Shown here piece by piece: positions 45,357 to 56,294 of a stretch of 64,000 bases of DNA. Position numbers and translations under genes: made by a program. The stretch is taken from positions 3,356-67,355 of the forward strand of contig DAJO01000037.1 in the NCBI GenBank assembly GCA_002498985.1, read 5' to 3'. The notes beneath the pieces were generated by a model. It worked only from the letters and a program-made list of their open reading frames with translations. It made no database searches and had not been told where the DNA came from. Numbering within the stretch: the first letter of the stretch is position 1; every line of letters begins with the position of its first letter. The stretch is from Euryarchaeota archaeon UBA257 (GTDB taxonomy: Archaea; Thermoplasmatota; Poseidoniia; Poseidoniales; Thalassarchaeaceae).

Positions 45357-48300
45357 TTCTTCTTCGTATTCCCAATCGTCTTCTTCGTATTCTTCTTCAT
45401 CATCATCGTAGTAATAATCTTCATCGCCACGACTGCGCATTACAAGTATTGCAACAAGAGCTACAGCGATAACTGCAACACCAATAACCATGTAAAGGCC
45501 AGTGTTTGATTCCGCTTCTACGGGTAATGGTTGAACATTAATACCAGATAAGTCAATATTATTTCCATTATCATTATTCCAGTCCATCTCACCTGTTTCA
45601 GGATCTTCCATAATCAATACCAATAGAGGTTGACCCTCAGACCAAGACTCCCATTGGAATTGTGCATTGACGCTCGAAGACTGCGCACCTAGAATAATTT
45701 CAGTAGGGCCATCGGATAAGGTAGTTAGCGCCGGCGACCATTGTCCACTTTCTGGATTTAACTCGTATAAACCAACTGTGATAGAGCCTTCTCTCTTACC
45801 ATCATTTTCCCAGAATGTTTGCAGAGTTAACATCTCTCCAACCATTGGAGTAGAGGTTGGATTGATGACTACTCTAGTATATTCTGGATTAAACTTCATT
45901 ATTCTAAGAGTAGGCATTCTTGGTGCAGATTCACTACCTAGGCCAGTGACAACATTTCCTGCTCTATCGGTTGAAGTGACCCAGAAAGCAATCTGGTCGC
46001 CTTGTTCAATTGACATACCATTTAGTGGTGTAAAGTCAATATAGCCTTGATAAACATCTTTTGACTCTCCATCATCAATCATAGTTAGTTGTCCAGTATT
46101 CTCTGATCCAGCCACTGCAGTACCCGACCTTAGAATCACCCAAGCGACATCAAGAGGTCCTTCGATCATACCAATTTCATCGACCATCGTTACTGTGATT
46201 AGTACATCATTGATTAAATCCGATTCTAACAAAACTAATGATGAATCAGGATATGTTGATTGATCAAATAGTACCGTTGGAGCTTTACTGTCAACAGTCA
46301 CAGAAGCATCTGAATTAATATCTGATGAACCACCACCTGGGACATTCAAAACTTCTGTTGAAACAGACATAGTTGGATTAAGAGGGACTCTTGAAGGCAA
46401 AATCATTGAACCATCGAAACTAGCATCTTCATTTACTGATGTGACCATCTTAATTTCTTGTGTTCCATAAACTACTTCGAATTCAACTTCAAGATTTGCT
46501 GGAATATTTGCTGCTAATGCACCTGAACCAGAATGATAAACAAATCCACTCATTCGGAATTCATCCCCCTGTCCCAAGTACACCGAAACTCCTTGAGATT
46601 CTGCCTGAGGAGGAGTAAGATCTTCTATATTATCAGGGATTGCTACATACTTGTTATCAAGATACCAAGATAATTCTCCAATGTTATTCTGGTACGCTAC
46701 AGTAGTGAAATCATCAAGTATTGATACGCTAGGCTTACAAGAGTTCTGATTATTCTCCCAAGGGAAGTCCCAAGAGACTTCGAATATCATTGAAAGTTGA
46801 GTAATATCTGAAGAAACTTGCATCGTCTGCACAGAAAGTGGTGTCACGAAACTAGTTGCATCTGACCAAATAGTTCCTCTCGAAGGATCGTAGCTCATCT
46901 TTCCAAGTTCACTTATCCCATCTCCACATAGCATTATCGATATATTATCCAATGTATTTAGCCCATTGGCTTCTTCAATTTGCATAGTAAATGTATGTTG
47001 TTCACCAGGCAGTAAATACCCTAAATCACGGTCCAGTGAATAACCTGTAGACTTAATGCTGGTTGGCTCATCAGTTGCTACAACGACAGTTGCCCAAGAG
47101 TTAGATGCTCCAGGTCCTCCACCTGTACCTCCCTCTTGGTAACTCAGACCTGCCCAATCAGTACCTTCAACATACATATGGACTGGAGAATTAAAAGTTT
47201 GTTGAGAAACATCAATACCTACAAAATTAACTTGTTGCTGACCTGTCATACCAGGTGTTAATGGCTGTACCATTGACAAGTATTCGTCTTCATCAGCGAT
47301 ACCATCTCCATTGACATCATCTACTGAACCTCGCCAATATCTGAGTGTCAAAATTTCACCTCTAGCCTCAGATTCTTCGACTGTTACGAAAAGAGATAAT
47401 GGGTCCATTGGTTCCCAAACTTTACCATGAGCTGCTTTCAAACCAGATGGGGTGTTTACTTCAAGTGGCCCTGCTACAGGAGGTTCATGATCAACTCGAA
47501 CATTTACAGATGGCGGAGTTCCAGTTACATCCTCTGCCCCAAGTGAATAACCAGTAGGGCCTACTGTATTCATCATAGGTGACAGATAAACGTTAGAGAG
47601 ACCTGTTGGAGATGAAATTAGGCCAGTATATTTCCCGCCTTCTTCAGAAGTCAAAAGATAACTTAGACCGGAAATATTCAAACCAACAGTGAAATCAACC
47701 GCTTGCGGTCTAACTGCAATAGAGTCTTGGAACTTGACGGTGCCTGTGATATTTAATTCACTACCATCAGTCATCGTAAACGGATAGAATGTAGAATACT
47801 GATTTGATAGAAGCCTTCCAAATTGATCTCTGACTTCGAATGAATCAATCATCAAATCATTTTCAACCGCATTCTTTCCAGATTCACCACTATGAGATAC
47901 TGACGGCCATACTGATTCTCCTGAGGCATCGAATGCCTGAGATATCCAACGTATTGAATTAACATCATCCCACATCCAGCTAACATCAAACATCCAGTGT
48001 ATAGTGACATCATCATAGCCATCATTATGAGTTGTAATCTCTAAGAATGTTGAAGGATTCATTGGAGCAACTGATGAACCAGAAATTTGCGTAAAGGATA
48101 CCGCATCTGAACCTTGGCCCCACAAGCCATCTGCACTATTAGTAACCTCAAACATCAAAATCTCCCCATCAGAAGCGATTCCTCTGAGAGAAATCTTATC
48201 TAAATTAGAATTATCAATTAAGTGATGGTGTTGAGTAATTATTTCAACTGTCTCACCATTAGGATAAAGTGTATTTGGAACCACGAAATCTCTGTTGGTG

Positions 48301-51300
48301 ACTATATAATCGAACTTTAAGTCACCATCGATGGAAACTGATCCCTTATCTGCAGTAATATTTACTGGAATTGATACCTGAGTAGGCGGAGGATCATCTT
48401 GAGTCATAGAATCGTGATAATCAGATATTGATGTACCTAAACCTGAAACATTTTCAAATATCAAATAGCCTATTCCAATTGTTGAAATAGATACCGTTTG
48501 TGCATAATTTGACTCTAAAGTAATGGTGACATCTCGCCATTCCCTTCCTGTGTCAGTGTCTGTGTGAGATGTAGTTAGAGAGTTTATTCCTGCAATTTGA
48601 CTGTAATCTAATATGCAATGGAATATCTCTGAAGCAGAAGAACTCGTCTGACTGGATGACCCTACTGTCAAGGTAACCGGTGACTCGAATTGACCATCGG
48701 AATCAGGTGCAACTGAGATTATTCCATTATTGACCGCAGCCAGAGAGGGTAATCTCACCATTATTGAAGATGGAGTTCCAGAATCTAAGCTTATACTTGT
48801 ACCAGTTGTATGAGAATCAATACCATCTGAAACAAGCGATTGCCATCCATAATGACCGTAATCTGTACCCATTGGGAATGACCAATCTACTGAACCATCA
48901 TTAAGCATATCAACTGCAGGATTTTCTGCTGGCTCAACGAAATTGGATGAGATAACCATTCTATCAATCCAGCCATTAGTCGGTAGGGACACTGATAGAG
49001 AGAAACCTGTTTGAGGGATAGCAAAGGGTATTGATCCCTGAGAGGTTTGTCCTAATGTTGCACCAGTGAATGAATATGCAGTCACCATTAGACCACTAGA
49101 AAAGTTACCTGATAGTGTCACGCTCTTGATTGGCCTAGATGAATGGATATAATCGGAAGTAATTGTACCGGCAATAGTTGTAGCATTCAGTAATTCATCT
49201 ACTACCTCGATGCTCGGGCTGAAAGACCATCCATTATAATCTGCACTTGATGACGCAAGATATCTCTTACCACCAATACTTATTTTGGTTAATTTAGGAG
49301 AAACTTCTTCGTCACTTGTATCCATTAGAACCTTAATTCTAACTAGTTCATATTCTTCAGAATCAACTCCTGCCAAAGAGAATGGGAAGGTAACATTGTT
49401 GTAACCTGGCACAATATTATCGCTCATGTCGACTAAGCTACCTGTAATTGAAGTATTATCGGGAATTGTTGCCTCAATATCTACCCAGCCATAATTGAAA
49501 GTGTCAATATCACTCATGTCTACAGCATTACTCAACCAGTACCCACCAGCTCCATAATTAGCAATTAGGATACCAAAATTATCAATGTAGGCACCCTGAT
49601 AAGTTACTGAAGTATCTGTAGATAGACGGAATCTAAATCTTAACTCGTCACCAGCATAACTAGATAGAGGTGCCTGTCTATTTTCAAACTCTTGTTGATT
49701 ACAATCTCCATTCATCCACGCATCATGGCCATACATCTGATTACCAGAATATCCGGGTGAACCATCATACCAACCAGGAATTTGAGGGTCGAAATAATTC
49801 CAAGAACCACCATTAACCTGTATTTGAAGACCAACTGCATCCCAACTATTTTCTGTACATATCCACTTATCAAATGTCACGTATGCTAAGCCATCGTTCG
49901 GAATATCATATGTTGGAGATGTTAACAATGAGTTCTGATTATTTGCATAGTTACCATTTAAATTTGTACCATATACGTAAGGGAACGAAGGTTCATCACT
50001 AGGCCCTGCACTCATACCCAATTGACCATAGTTCCATGCAGATTGTTTTGACCAACCCGGAGCGTTATTGGTGGAAGGGTTTCCAGCAGTAGAATCTTCA
50101 AATCCATATACTTCGCTTAAAATTCCTCCAGTAAGAATGTAGTAATTCCAATCATCATATCCCAGTTGTGTGTTACCACCATAAGTATAGTACTCTTGAT
50201 AATGAGTCATCGTAGTCGGACTTTCTAAATCGTCTCTGAATAATACAGTGCCTGTATCGTCAACAACGCGAATATCTTCAAGTGTAAATCCTTCTTGTGA
50301 ATCACCAGGATAAGTACCTCCATAATGTGTGTAAGCGTCCGTATCTACTACGAAACGAATGTAAACATTAGCCTGATTTTGATAAGCGGAAGGAATATCA
50401 TATTCTACAGTCCTGATTCCGTTACTTTGGTCACCATATACTCCATCATATGAAGGATAACCAGGGATTGCACCACTACGATCTTCACAATCACTTGTTG
50501 TAGAGGAAATGGAGGAAGAAATATCATACCATGTTACATTGTTCAATGAAATCTCAATACAAGCATTATCACTAGTAGAGCCCTGTAAATCCCATTCCAT
50601 ATCTATTTCAATTGATGAAGTTGAATTAGTGCCGGTTAAATCAATTGTTCTTTGAAGTGCCCCCGCTGAATGTGCCACATAGTTGCAATACGTACCTGTT
50701 GTAGAAATACATCCATGGTGCCAAACACCAAAATCAACACCATCATTATTGAAATCAATGTTATCCAAGAACCATCCAGGCCTCTCATAAGATGCGTTAG
50801 GAGAAGTCCAAATATGGAATCTAAATTGAATTTTAGAAGCATTGTCAATATCTGGAATTGAAGATATACTTATGTTCTCACTTAGCCATCCACTGTGAGT
50901 TGCAGAAGCAAAAACTGGAACTGCTACACTTTCGGGAGCACCGTTGGGTGAAGGAGCATCTGTAGACATAGTGCTAGGATATCCTCCATCTGGAGCAATA
51001 TAGGTCCAGTCATTCCAACTACCAGTATTTATTCTATATTCAATCCATGTTCCATCTCCTCCACCTGAAGTAGTACTGTCCAAGTGATACCAATGGTCAA
51101 AAGTCATGTAAAGTCCATTGTAAGTATCTGAATCAGGTAAATCAACTTGAGGTAATAAGAAAGAGCTGCTTGTACCACGTGGAACTGCTGAGCCAGGCAT
51201 TGTACCTACTGCTACAATTCCCTCTGTTGCAGATGATGGAATTGTTCCATAAGACATTGTTTGTTCATTACCAAGATTCGTCCCATTGTGGTTAAATGTT

Positions 51301-52511
51301 GTAGCACCCCACATTTCTTGAATGTTACAGAGATAATTTGTATCTGAAATTTCGTTTGCATCTAAAATGGAATCTTCATCAGTATCCATTCCTGCATTTA
51401 CCATGTAACCTCCTAACATACATTGAGATGTAGAACCTGTACTAATCGATGTAACTGTAATCTCATAATCGAAAAATCCTCCTAAACCTGCACTAATTGA
51501 TGCTGAAGTACCGCTTGAACTAGGCACTATTGTAGGTGCACTAGTGTAGCCATTACCTCCGCTAGTAACAGACGCCTCGTAAATTGAACCAGTAGTTTCC
51601 AGCACGCTAGAAAGTTGAGCACCAGTGCCATTACTACTAGATACCAGAACATACATTGTTTGTTGTGAGATATAGCCAGATCCGCCATTACTCAGTGCTA
51701 TCGAGGTTATATTGCCATTACTGTCAACACCACCTACTGATGCGACAGCACCTGTCCCAGTACATCCACCAGGACATACGAAAGCTAGTGAATCTCCAAT
51801 CGCATATCCAGTTCCGTTATTGGAGATAGTTATACTATCGATTGCACTACTAATTGAATAAGTCCCTGAGAAGCCGCTGCCTGAACCTCCAGTTGCAGAT
51901 AATGTTCCAGCAGTGTATCCACTACCTCCACTAGTGACATTTAATGTTGTAACACTATCTTCTAATGCATTACCACTGCAATACATCAAAGTTTCAGTTG
52001 TTTCTCCAGGCGACAGAGACCCATCAAAATTATTGTCGTATCCATGGTCCACCCATGCACCTGAAAGGTTGTTACATTCTACCACTGATGTTGAAGAAGA
52101 AACCGAATAAACATGTTCCCATCCTGGAGAATAAGTGTAAATGTCATTCATTGATACATCGATATCACCTTCATCGAAAGTGCTAATATTTGACCGAGAA
52201 CCATCGTCAAGTAAAGTGATTTGTTCAATGTCTTCAACGAAATTAGTTCCAAAAAATCTACCAGAATCTAAATCTGCACCTTCCCAAACAATACCAGGAT
52301 CCATGGATGTTGCTGTTTCAGTGTTAGTTATGTGAAGCCAACCATCCTGAACTGTAGCATTTCCGGGGACTCGGAAACCAGTCAGAGTAATGCCCTCCTC
52401 GGGAGGATTTACTGAGCTTGGTCCTGTCCAAGAAGTTGTAGCAGCGGATGTTAGCGGGGCAATTATCATCAATAACACTAGAGCAAGTGCAGTCCTACGG
52501 CGGTCAGACAT
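45351..52511 (-). CDS. giant mosaic cell-surface protein (Cys-bracketed DxNxDG modules, GGSGY repeats, jelly-roll-like domains, C-terminal TM and acidic tail)
   Basis: Signal peptide, three related domains ending in IQFRF/YIRF/LRFRF...G[WFA].[LI][DE][ND], C-terminal CARDB-like segment, TM, then RSRGDEDYYYDDDEEEYEEDDWEYEEED. Confidence 0.85.
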   Translation of the reverse strand: MSDRRRTALALVLLMIIAPLTSAATTSWTGPSSVNPPEEGITLTGFRVPGNATVQDGWLHITNTETATSMDPGIVWEGADLDSGRFFGTNFVEDIEQITLLDDGSRSNISTFDEGDIDVSMNDIYTYSPGWEHVYSVSSSTSVVECNNLSGAWVDHGYDNNFDGSLSPGETTETLMYCSGNALEDSVTTLNVTSGGSGYTAGTLSATGGSGSGFSGTYSISSAIDSITISNNGTGYAIGDSLAFVCPGGCTGTGAVASVGGVDSNGNITSIALSNGGSGYISQQTMYVLVSSSNGTGAQLSSVLETTGSIYEASVTSGGNGYTSAPTIVPSSSGTSASISAGLGGFFDYEITVTSISTGSTSQCMLGGYMVNAGMDTDEDSILDANEISDTNYLCNIQEMWGATTFNHNGTNLGNEQTMSYGTIPSSATEGIVAVGTMPGSAVPRGTSSSFLLPQVDLPDSDTYNGLYMTFDHWYHLDSTTSGGGDGTWIEYRINTGSWNDWTYIAPDGGYPSTMSTDAPSPNGAPESVAVPVFASATHSGWLSENISISSIPDIDNASKIQFRFHIWTSPNASYERPGWFLDNIDFNNDGVDFGVWHHGCISTTGTYCNYVAHSAGALQRTIDLTGTNSTSSIEIDMEWDLQGSTSDNACIEISLNNVTWYDISSSISSTTSDCEDRSGAIPGYPSYDGVYGDQSNGIRTVEYDIPSAYQNQANVYIRFVVDTDAYTHYGGTYPGDSQEGFTLEDIRVVDDTGTVLFRDDLESPTTMTHYQEYYTYGGNTQLGYDDWNYYILTGGILSEVYGFEDSTAGNPSTNNAPGWSKQSAWNYGQLGMSAGPSDEPSFPYVYGTNLNGNYANNQNSLLTSPTYDIPNDGLAYVTFDKWICTENSWDAVGLQIQVNGGSWNYFDPQIPGWYDGSPGYSGNQMYGHDAWMNGDCNQQEFENRQAPLSSYAGDELRFRFRLSTDTSVTYQGAYIDNFGILIANYGAGGYWLSNAVDMSDIDTFNYGWVDIEATIPDNTSITGSLVDMSDNIVPGYNNVTFPFSLAGVDSEEYELVRIKVLMDTSDEEVSPKLTKISIGGKRYLASSSADYNGWSFSPSIEVVDELLNATTIAGTITSDYIHSSRPIKSVTLSGNFSSGLMVTAYSFTGATLGQTSQGSIPFAIPQTGFSLSVSLPTNGWIDRMVISSNFVEPAENPAVDMLNDGSVDWSFPMGTDYGHYGWQSLVSDGIDSHTTGTSISLDSGTPSSIMVRLPSLAAVNNGIISVAPDSDGQFESPVTLTVGSSSQTSSSASEIFHCILDYSQIAGINSLTTSHTDTDTGREWRDVTITLESNYAQTVSISTIGIGYLIFENVSGLGTSISDYHDSMTQDDPPPTQVSIPVNITADKGSVSIDGDLKFDYIVTNRDFVVPNTLYPNGETVEIITQHHHLIDNSNLDKISLRGIASDGEILMFEVTNSADGLWGQGSDAVSFTQISGSSVAPMNPSTFLEITTHNDGYDDVTIHWMFDVSWMWDDVNSIRWISQAFDASGESVWPSVSHSGESGKNAVENDLMIDSFEVRDQFGRLLSNQYSTFYPFTMTDGSELNITGTVKFQDSIAVRPQAVDFTVGLNISGLSYLLTSEEGGKYTGLISSPTGLSNVYLSPMMNTVGPTGYSLGAEDVTGTPPSVNVRVDHEPPVAGPLEVNTPSGLKAAHGKVWEPMDPLSLFVTVEESEARGEILTLRYWRGSVDDVNGDGIADEDEYLSMVQPLTPGMTGQQQVNFVGIDVSQQTFNSPVHMYVEGTDWAGLSYQEGGTGGGPGASNSWATVVVATDEPTSIKSTGYSLDRDLGYLLPGEQHTFTMQIEEANGLNTLDNISIMLCGDGISELGKMSYDPSRGTIWSDATSFVTPLSVQTMQVSSDITQLSMIFEVSWDFPWENNQNSCKPSVSILDDFTTVAYQNNIGELSWYLDNKYVAIPDNIEDLTPPQAESQGVSVYLGQGDEFRMSGFVYHSGSGALAANIPANLEVEFEVVYGTQEIKMVTSVNEDASFDGSMILPSRVPLNPTMSVSTEVLNVPGGGSSDINSDASVTVDSKAPTVLFDQSTYPDSSLVLLESDLINDVLITVTMVDEIGMIEGPLDVAWVILRSGTAVAGSENTGQLTMIDDGESKDVYQGYIDFTPLNGMSIEQGDQIAFWVTSTDRAGNVVTGLGSESAPRMPTLRIMKFNPEYTRVVINPTSTPMVGEMLTLQTFWENDGKREGSITVGLYELNPESGQWSPALTTLSDGPTEIILGAQSSSVNAQFQWESWSEGQPLLVLIMEDPETGEMDWNNDNGNNIDLSGINVQPLPVEAESNTGLYMVIGVAVIAVALVAILVMRSRGDEDYYYDDDEEEYEEDDWEYEEED

Positions 52512-52597
52512 ATCCCTATCGTTTGTTTGTTAGATTATGAAGTTATTTCCCTAAGGTCGATGAAGATACTGAAAAATTATGTTTTTAATTCGAAAAA

Positions 52598-52672
52598 TGG
52601 AGCCACTGGGGAGAATTGAACTCCCGACCTTCCCATTACCAATGGGATGCTATACCCCTAAGCCACAGTGGC
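52598..52672 (-). tRNA. tRNA-Thr(GGT)
   Basis: Reverse complement GCCACTG...CAGTGGC-T-CCA, anticodon arm TCCCA-TTGGTAA-TGGGA, T-arm GGGAG-TTCAATT-CTCCC. No intron; CCA encoded. Confidence 0.96.
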
Positions 52673-52780
52673 GACGTCTAATCGAAAAACAATTTCGATT
52701 TAATCACTGCGGAGAGAGATTCAAAATCACAATTGAAAAGCAACAGACTCAAAATGTCATGAAGTCTCCGAGACTATGAA

Positions 52781-52866
52781 GCCGAGGTCGCATAGCCTGG
52801 TATTGCGCATGACTGGAAATCATGTGGGATTTTCCCTCGGGAGTTCAAATCTCCCTCTCGGCGCCA
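52781..52866 (+). tRNA. tRNA-Ser(GGA)
   Basis: GCCGAGG...TCTCGGC-G-CCA, anticodon arm CATGA-CTGGAAA-TCATG, long variable arm GGGATTTTCCC, T-arm GGGAG-TTCAAAT-CTCCC. Confidence 0.96.
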
Positions 52867-52990
52867 TCAGCCCTACTAATATATATTGTAGATCATAAAA
52901 CATAGACACATATCGTGATTTTTGGATCCCGATAAGGGAGTTACTTAATGCAGTATTTCATGTCGCACACACATAAGGGGGCTCCGTTCA

Positions 52991-54121
52991 ATGACTGATG
53001 AAACAGAAATTAGAAACCAAGAGCCAATCAGACTTAGTGAAATCACAATAAATTACAAGTTCTCCGAATATAATGAAAGACTGGATTTCTTGGATAAAAT
53101 TATGCAAGAGTCTAAATTTCATATGAAAATGATTCTAAGAGGTTGGGGGGCATTTGAATTTTCAATATTTGGAGTAGGTGTTCTAGCGATATTTTTAGGA
53201 TCATGGGATTTAGGTATAGGCGAACTTAAAAGTGGTGGAGATTATAATAGAGTTGGCACCGAAGGTATGTTATTCTTAGAGGATTTGTCTCTAATTCTAT
53301 CGCTGTTATCTATAATTGCATGGATTGGGTTTGTGATTCAGTTGTTTATTCGTTTCCCCATTATGAGAGAAAATCTTGTTTACATGATGATAGGTATGAT
53401 TGCAATACAGATAGGCTACATCTACACATTTGCCAGTAATCCAAACTTCCCTGAAAATCTAGATATAGGAATGTTAGCACCTATTATTCTAGTGAATTTA
53501 ATTTTTACATTTCTAGTGATTTTTGTGGTTCACAAAGCAGTCAGTGAGACAAGGGACGTTCATGTGATTGAGAGACATTCACACCCCGACCCGAGAGTAG
53601 TCGAAACTGCTTGGAAAGATCATAGTCTAAGATTATGGAGTTTAGGATTAGGAATCTGGATGATAATGGTCAATATTTTTTCTTGGTCTTCATCAAAATC
53701 TATAGCGCTGAGACCATTGTCTTCCGAGGCAACAGTTTTCGATTTCCCTTGGCTTTATCTTATCTGTAGTATACTTTCAATTTTCCTATTAATACATATT
53801 ATTTGGTATCCTCAATTCATGCTCGGTGCTGCTGAAGATAGGATTCAATCAGTTAGAGCAAGGGAAGTTTCTGGTGAAATAAGTCAGCAAAATTTAAACG
53901 ACATGCAAGGTATTTGTCCCATCTGTAAAGAAGAAACGCCCGCTATTCAGAAAGCTAATGGGAAGATTGTCGTGCCTTGTCAATATAATTGTGGAGGAGT
54001 CGGGACTCCGGGTTCAATATGTAATGTATGTGAAATGACATTACCCACAAGATTCGATTGTACCAATTGTAAATCTAATACAACTATTTCAAGTCATTTT
54101 AGTAGACAAGACGCATGGTAA
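52991..54121 (+). CDS. multi-pass membrane protein with a C-terminal 8-Cys zinc-finger region
   Basis: About 6 TM helices, then CPIC, CQYNC, CNVC and CTNC. Confidence 0.8.
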   Translation: MTDETEIRNQEPIRLSEITINYKFSEYNERLDFLDKIMQESKFHMKMILRGWGAFEFSIFGVGVLAIFLGSWDLGIGELKSGGDYNRVGTEGMLFLEDLSLILSLLSIIAWIGFVIQLFIRFPIMRENLVYMMIGMIAIQIGYIYTFASNPNFPENLDIGMLAPIILVNLIFTFLVIFVVHKAVSETRDVHVIERHSHPDPRVVETAWKDHSLRLWSLGLGIWMIMVNIFSWSSSKSIALRPLSSEATVFDFPWLYLICSILSIFLLIHIIWYPQFMLGAAEDRIQSVRAREVSGEISQQNLNDMQGICPICKEETPAIQKANGKIVVPCQYNCGGVGTPGSICNVCEMTLPTRFDCTNCKSNTTISSHFSRQDAW

Positions 54122-55488
54122 TAGGTGCTAAATATCTCATAGTTGGTTGTCAAATGATTCGAGATGATTCACAACAAAATAAAGATTCACAGAGCGATTC
54201 AGAGACAGATAAAGAAGTGGTTTTTCTTGACGGAAAAAATGTAATCAATGTGATTAATGCCTCAAAAACTCGAGATGAAGATGTATTCAAATTACTTGTT
54301 GGCTTCTCTGCAACGTTAATTTCAGGATTTATCTTAGTCGTAATACTTCTATGGCTATTTATCACTATGAATGGTGAGGCATTTGGGTTCAGTCCACCTC
54401 AATCACTAATCACTTGGGAAGATGAATACAAAGATATAACTGGTGTTAATGAAATAAATGGATTAGACGGTTCTGGGATCTCATTGTGCATAGTTGATTC
54501 CGGGATTGATACTTCACATCCTGATTTAGAAAAAATTAATCTTCTAGGGTGGAATGATGTCATTAATTCTAGTCCAAACCCATATGATGATGACGGTCAT
54601 GGAACCGCAATGGCCGGAATAATTGTTGCAGATGGAGGATTGAATGGAATAGCGAAAAATGTTGATTTATATGTTGCAAAAGCAATTAATTCAGATGGTT
54701 CAGGAACAGATGATGGGATTGCAGAAGCTGTAGACTGGTGTGTTTCACAAGATAGTGATATTATTTCTTTAAGCCTCGGTGGAGGGCAAGGCATTGGTGG
54801 CGATTTATTTACAACTGATTCACTAGAAATTGCTGTTGAGAATGCAATTGAACAAGGTGTATATGTAGTTGCAGCAGCGGGAAATGATGGTGAAGATGAT
54901 GATGGAGATGTTTCATCACCAGGGTCAGTTGAGAATGTGATTTGCGTTGGAGGTGTCACAAGACTTGGGAACTTATGGTCTGGAAGTTCTGAAGGGGATA
55001 ACAATGGAAGATTATGGCCCAATCCTATTCTACCAAGAAATGATCCTGACAAAAAACCAGAGATAATCGCACCCGGTCTTGAGGTACCGGTATTAATGAC
55101 TAATTCAGATTCTTGGTGGGGTTGGTCTAGTGGCACCTCTGCTTCAACAGCGTGGGTTTCAGGAGGATTGGCATTATTCCTGCAAGAAAATCCAGATTTT
55201 CAAAGAAATAGTAATAGTGATGAAACGAAAATTGAAGAAATAAAAATTCTATTAAGTGAGAATTCACAAATGAAAGATGGACAAAGTCAACATGACGATA
55301 ATTTTGGATATGGAATATTTAGAATTGATACATTGATAAAAGCAGTTAACTCTAGTTCATCAGATATTAAAGAGAATCTAGTAAAAGGAAATATAAATAT
55401 TGAAAGAAATATTTTTGATATTTTTCAAGTTGAACGACGTATAACAGCTAGTGTACCACCAGATAATTCTATGAATGCCATTGAATGA
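54115..55488 (+). CDS. membrane-anchored subtilisin-like serine peptidase (S8)
   Basis: LCIVDSGID, HGTAMAG, AAAGN, SGTSAS and an N-terminal TM. Paralog of 18674..19912. Confidence 0.92.
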   Translation: MVIGAKYLIVGCQMIRDDSQQNKDSQSDSETDKEVVFLDGKNVINVINASKTRDEDVFKLLVGFSATLISGFILVVILLWLFITMNGEAFGFSPPQSLITWEDEYKDITGVNEINGLDGSGISLCIVDSGIDTSHPDLEKINLLGWNDVINSSPNPYDDDGHGTAMAGIIVADGGLNGIAKNVDLYVAKAINSDGSGTDDGIAEAVDWCVSQDSDIISLSLGGGQGIGGDLFTTDSLEIAVENAIEQGVYVVAAAGNDGEDDDGDVSSPGSVENVICVGGVTRLGNLWSGSSEGDNNGRLWPNPILPRNDPDKKPEIIAPGLEVPVLMTNSDSWWGWSSGTSASTAWVSGGLALFLQENPDFQRNSNSDETKIEEIKILLSENSQMKDGQSQHDDNFGYGIFRIDTLIKAVNSSSSDIKENLVKGNINIERNIFDIFQVERRITASVPPDNSMNAIE

Positions 55489-56216
55489 TTTTCGTTGCAT
55501 TCTCGTATCACTTTCATCCATTGATTGAAAGATTCAACTTTCCTTTGAGCATCATTAGGTTCATCTCCATCTTCGGGAACACCAACATCACCAGTAGGTA
55601 CTTCTGGCTCTTTGACCAAGATGAAACCACCATGTGAAATTACTTCTAAGGCGGCAATTGTTGCATTAGGTCTCTGATTTTCAGGTAAATCGATGATTAT
55701 TAGATCAATTGGCTGAGGTAAAGGGGAAGGTTGAGCACTGGAAGGTAATGCTGCTGTTGCGACTGACCAAGATGATGTTTCAGCAGTTATTTCTTGCCAT
55801 GATCTAGTCAAAACCTGTGTCCATTGTTCTGAAGAATGACGGCGGACAAGACGATCAATTATAACTCCAAATTTTCCTGCTGGTTCAACTATTCTAAATG
55901 TATCAGGCCTCGGTCTAGGTTCGGAAGGAGGATTAGCAGGATCACCATTCCATAAATCAAGTAGCCAAGCTGCTAAGTGACCTATCCCCCCGCCCACTAG
56001 AACTACATTCCTAGCTGGAATCTTAGATGAAATATCTCTGATTTTAACTCTAAAAGCCCGAGTTAAAGGAATTAAATTCATATGCAACATTTGTTGACCG
56101 ATATTCGCTGCTATCTGAGGTTCCCCTTCACCATAATCAGAGCCAGAAGATAGTAATTTCTCAAACATTTCACGCTCAGACATTTGAGGTAACCCTACGC
56201 CGCCCCCGCCACTCAT
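55425..56216 (-). CDS. class I SAM-dependent methyltransferase-like protein
   Basis: Gly-rich motif I (NVVLVGGGIGHLAAWL), acidic end of strand 2 (RIVE), IDLIIID and GGFILV. Start placed at MSGGGG. Confidence 0.6.
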   Translation of the reverse strand: MSGGGGVGLPQMSEREMFEKLLSSGSDYGEGEPQIAANIGQQMLHMNLIPLTRAFRVKIRDISSKIPARNVVLVGGGIGHLAAWLLDLWNGDPANPPSEPRPRPDTFRIVEPAGKFGVIIDRLVRRHSSEQWTQVLTRSWQEITAETSSWSVATAALPSSAQPSPLPQPIDLIIIDLPENQRPNATIAALEVISHGGFILVKEPEVPTGDVGVPEDGDEPNDAQRKVESFNQWMKVIRECNENHSMAFIELSGGTLAVIRRST

Positions 56217-56294
56217 GACATGGGCTATATTAACTCTAATTTCAATCATCCCATGTAAGGATGGCTTCAATAAAGGGAGTCATTTCGAAGAGAC

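Noticed and set aside
52598-52866. tRNA genes as integration sites for an island or provirus
   Set aside because: No integrase is present, no duplicated tRNA 3' end was noticed, and the flanking genes look chromosomal.
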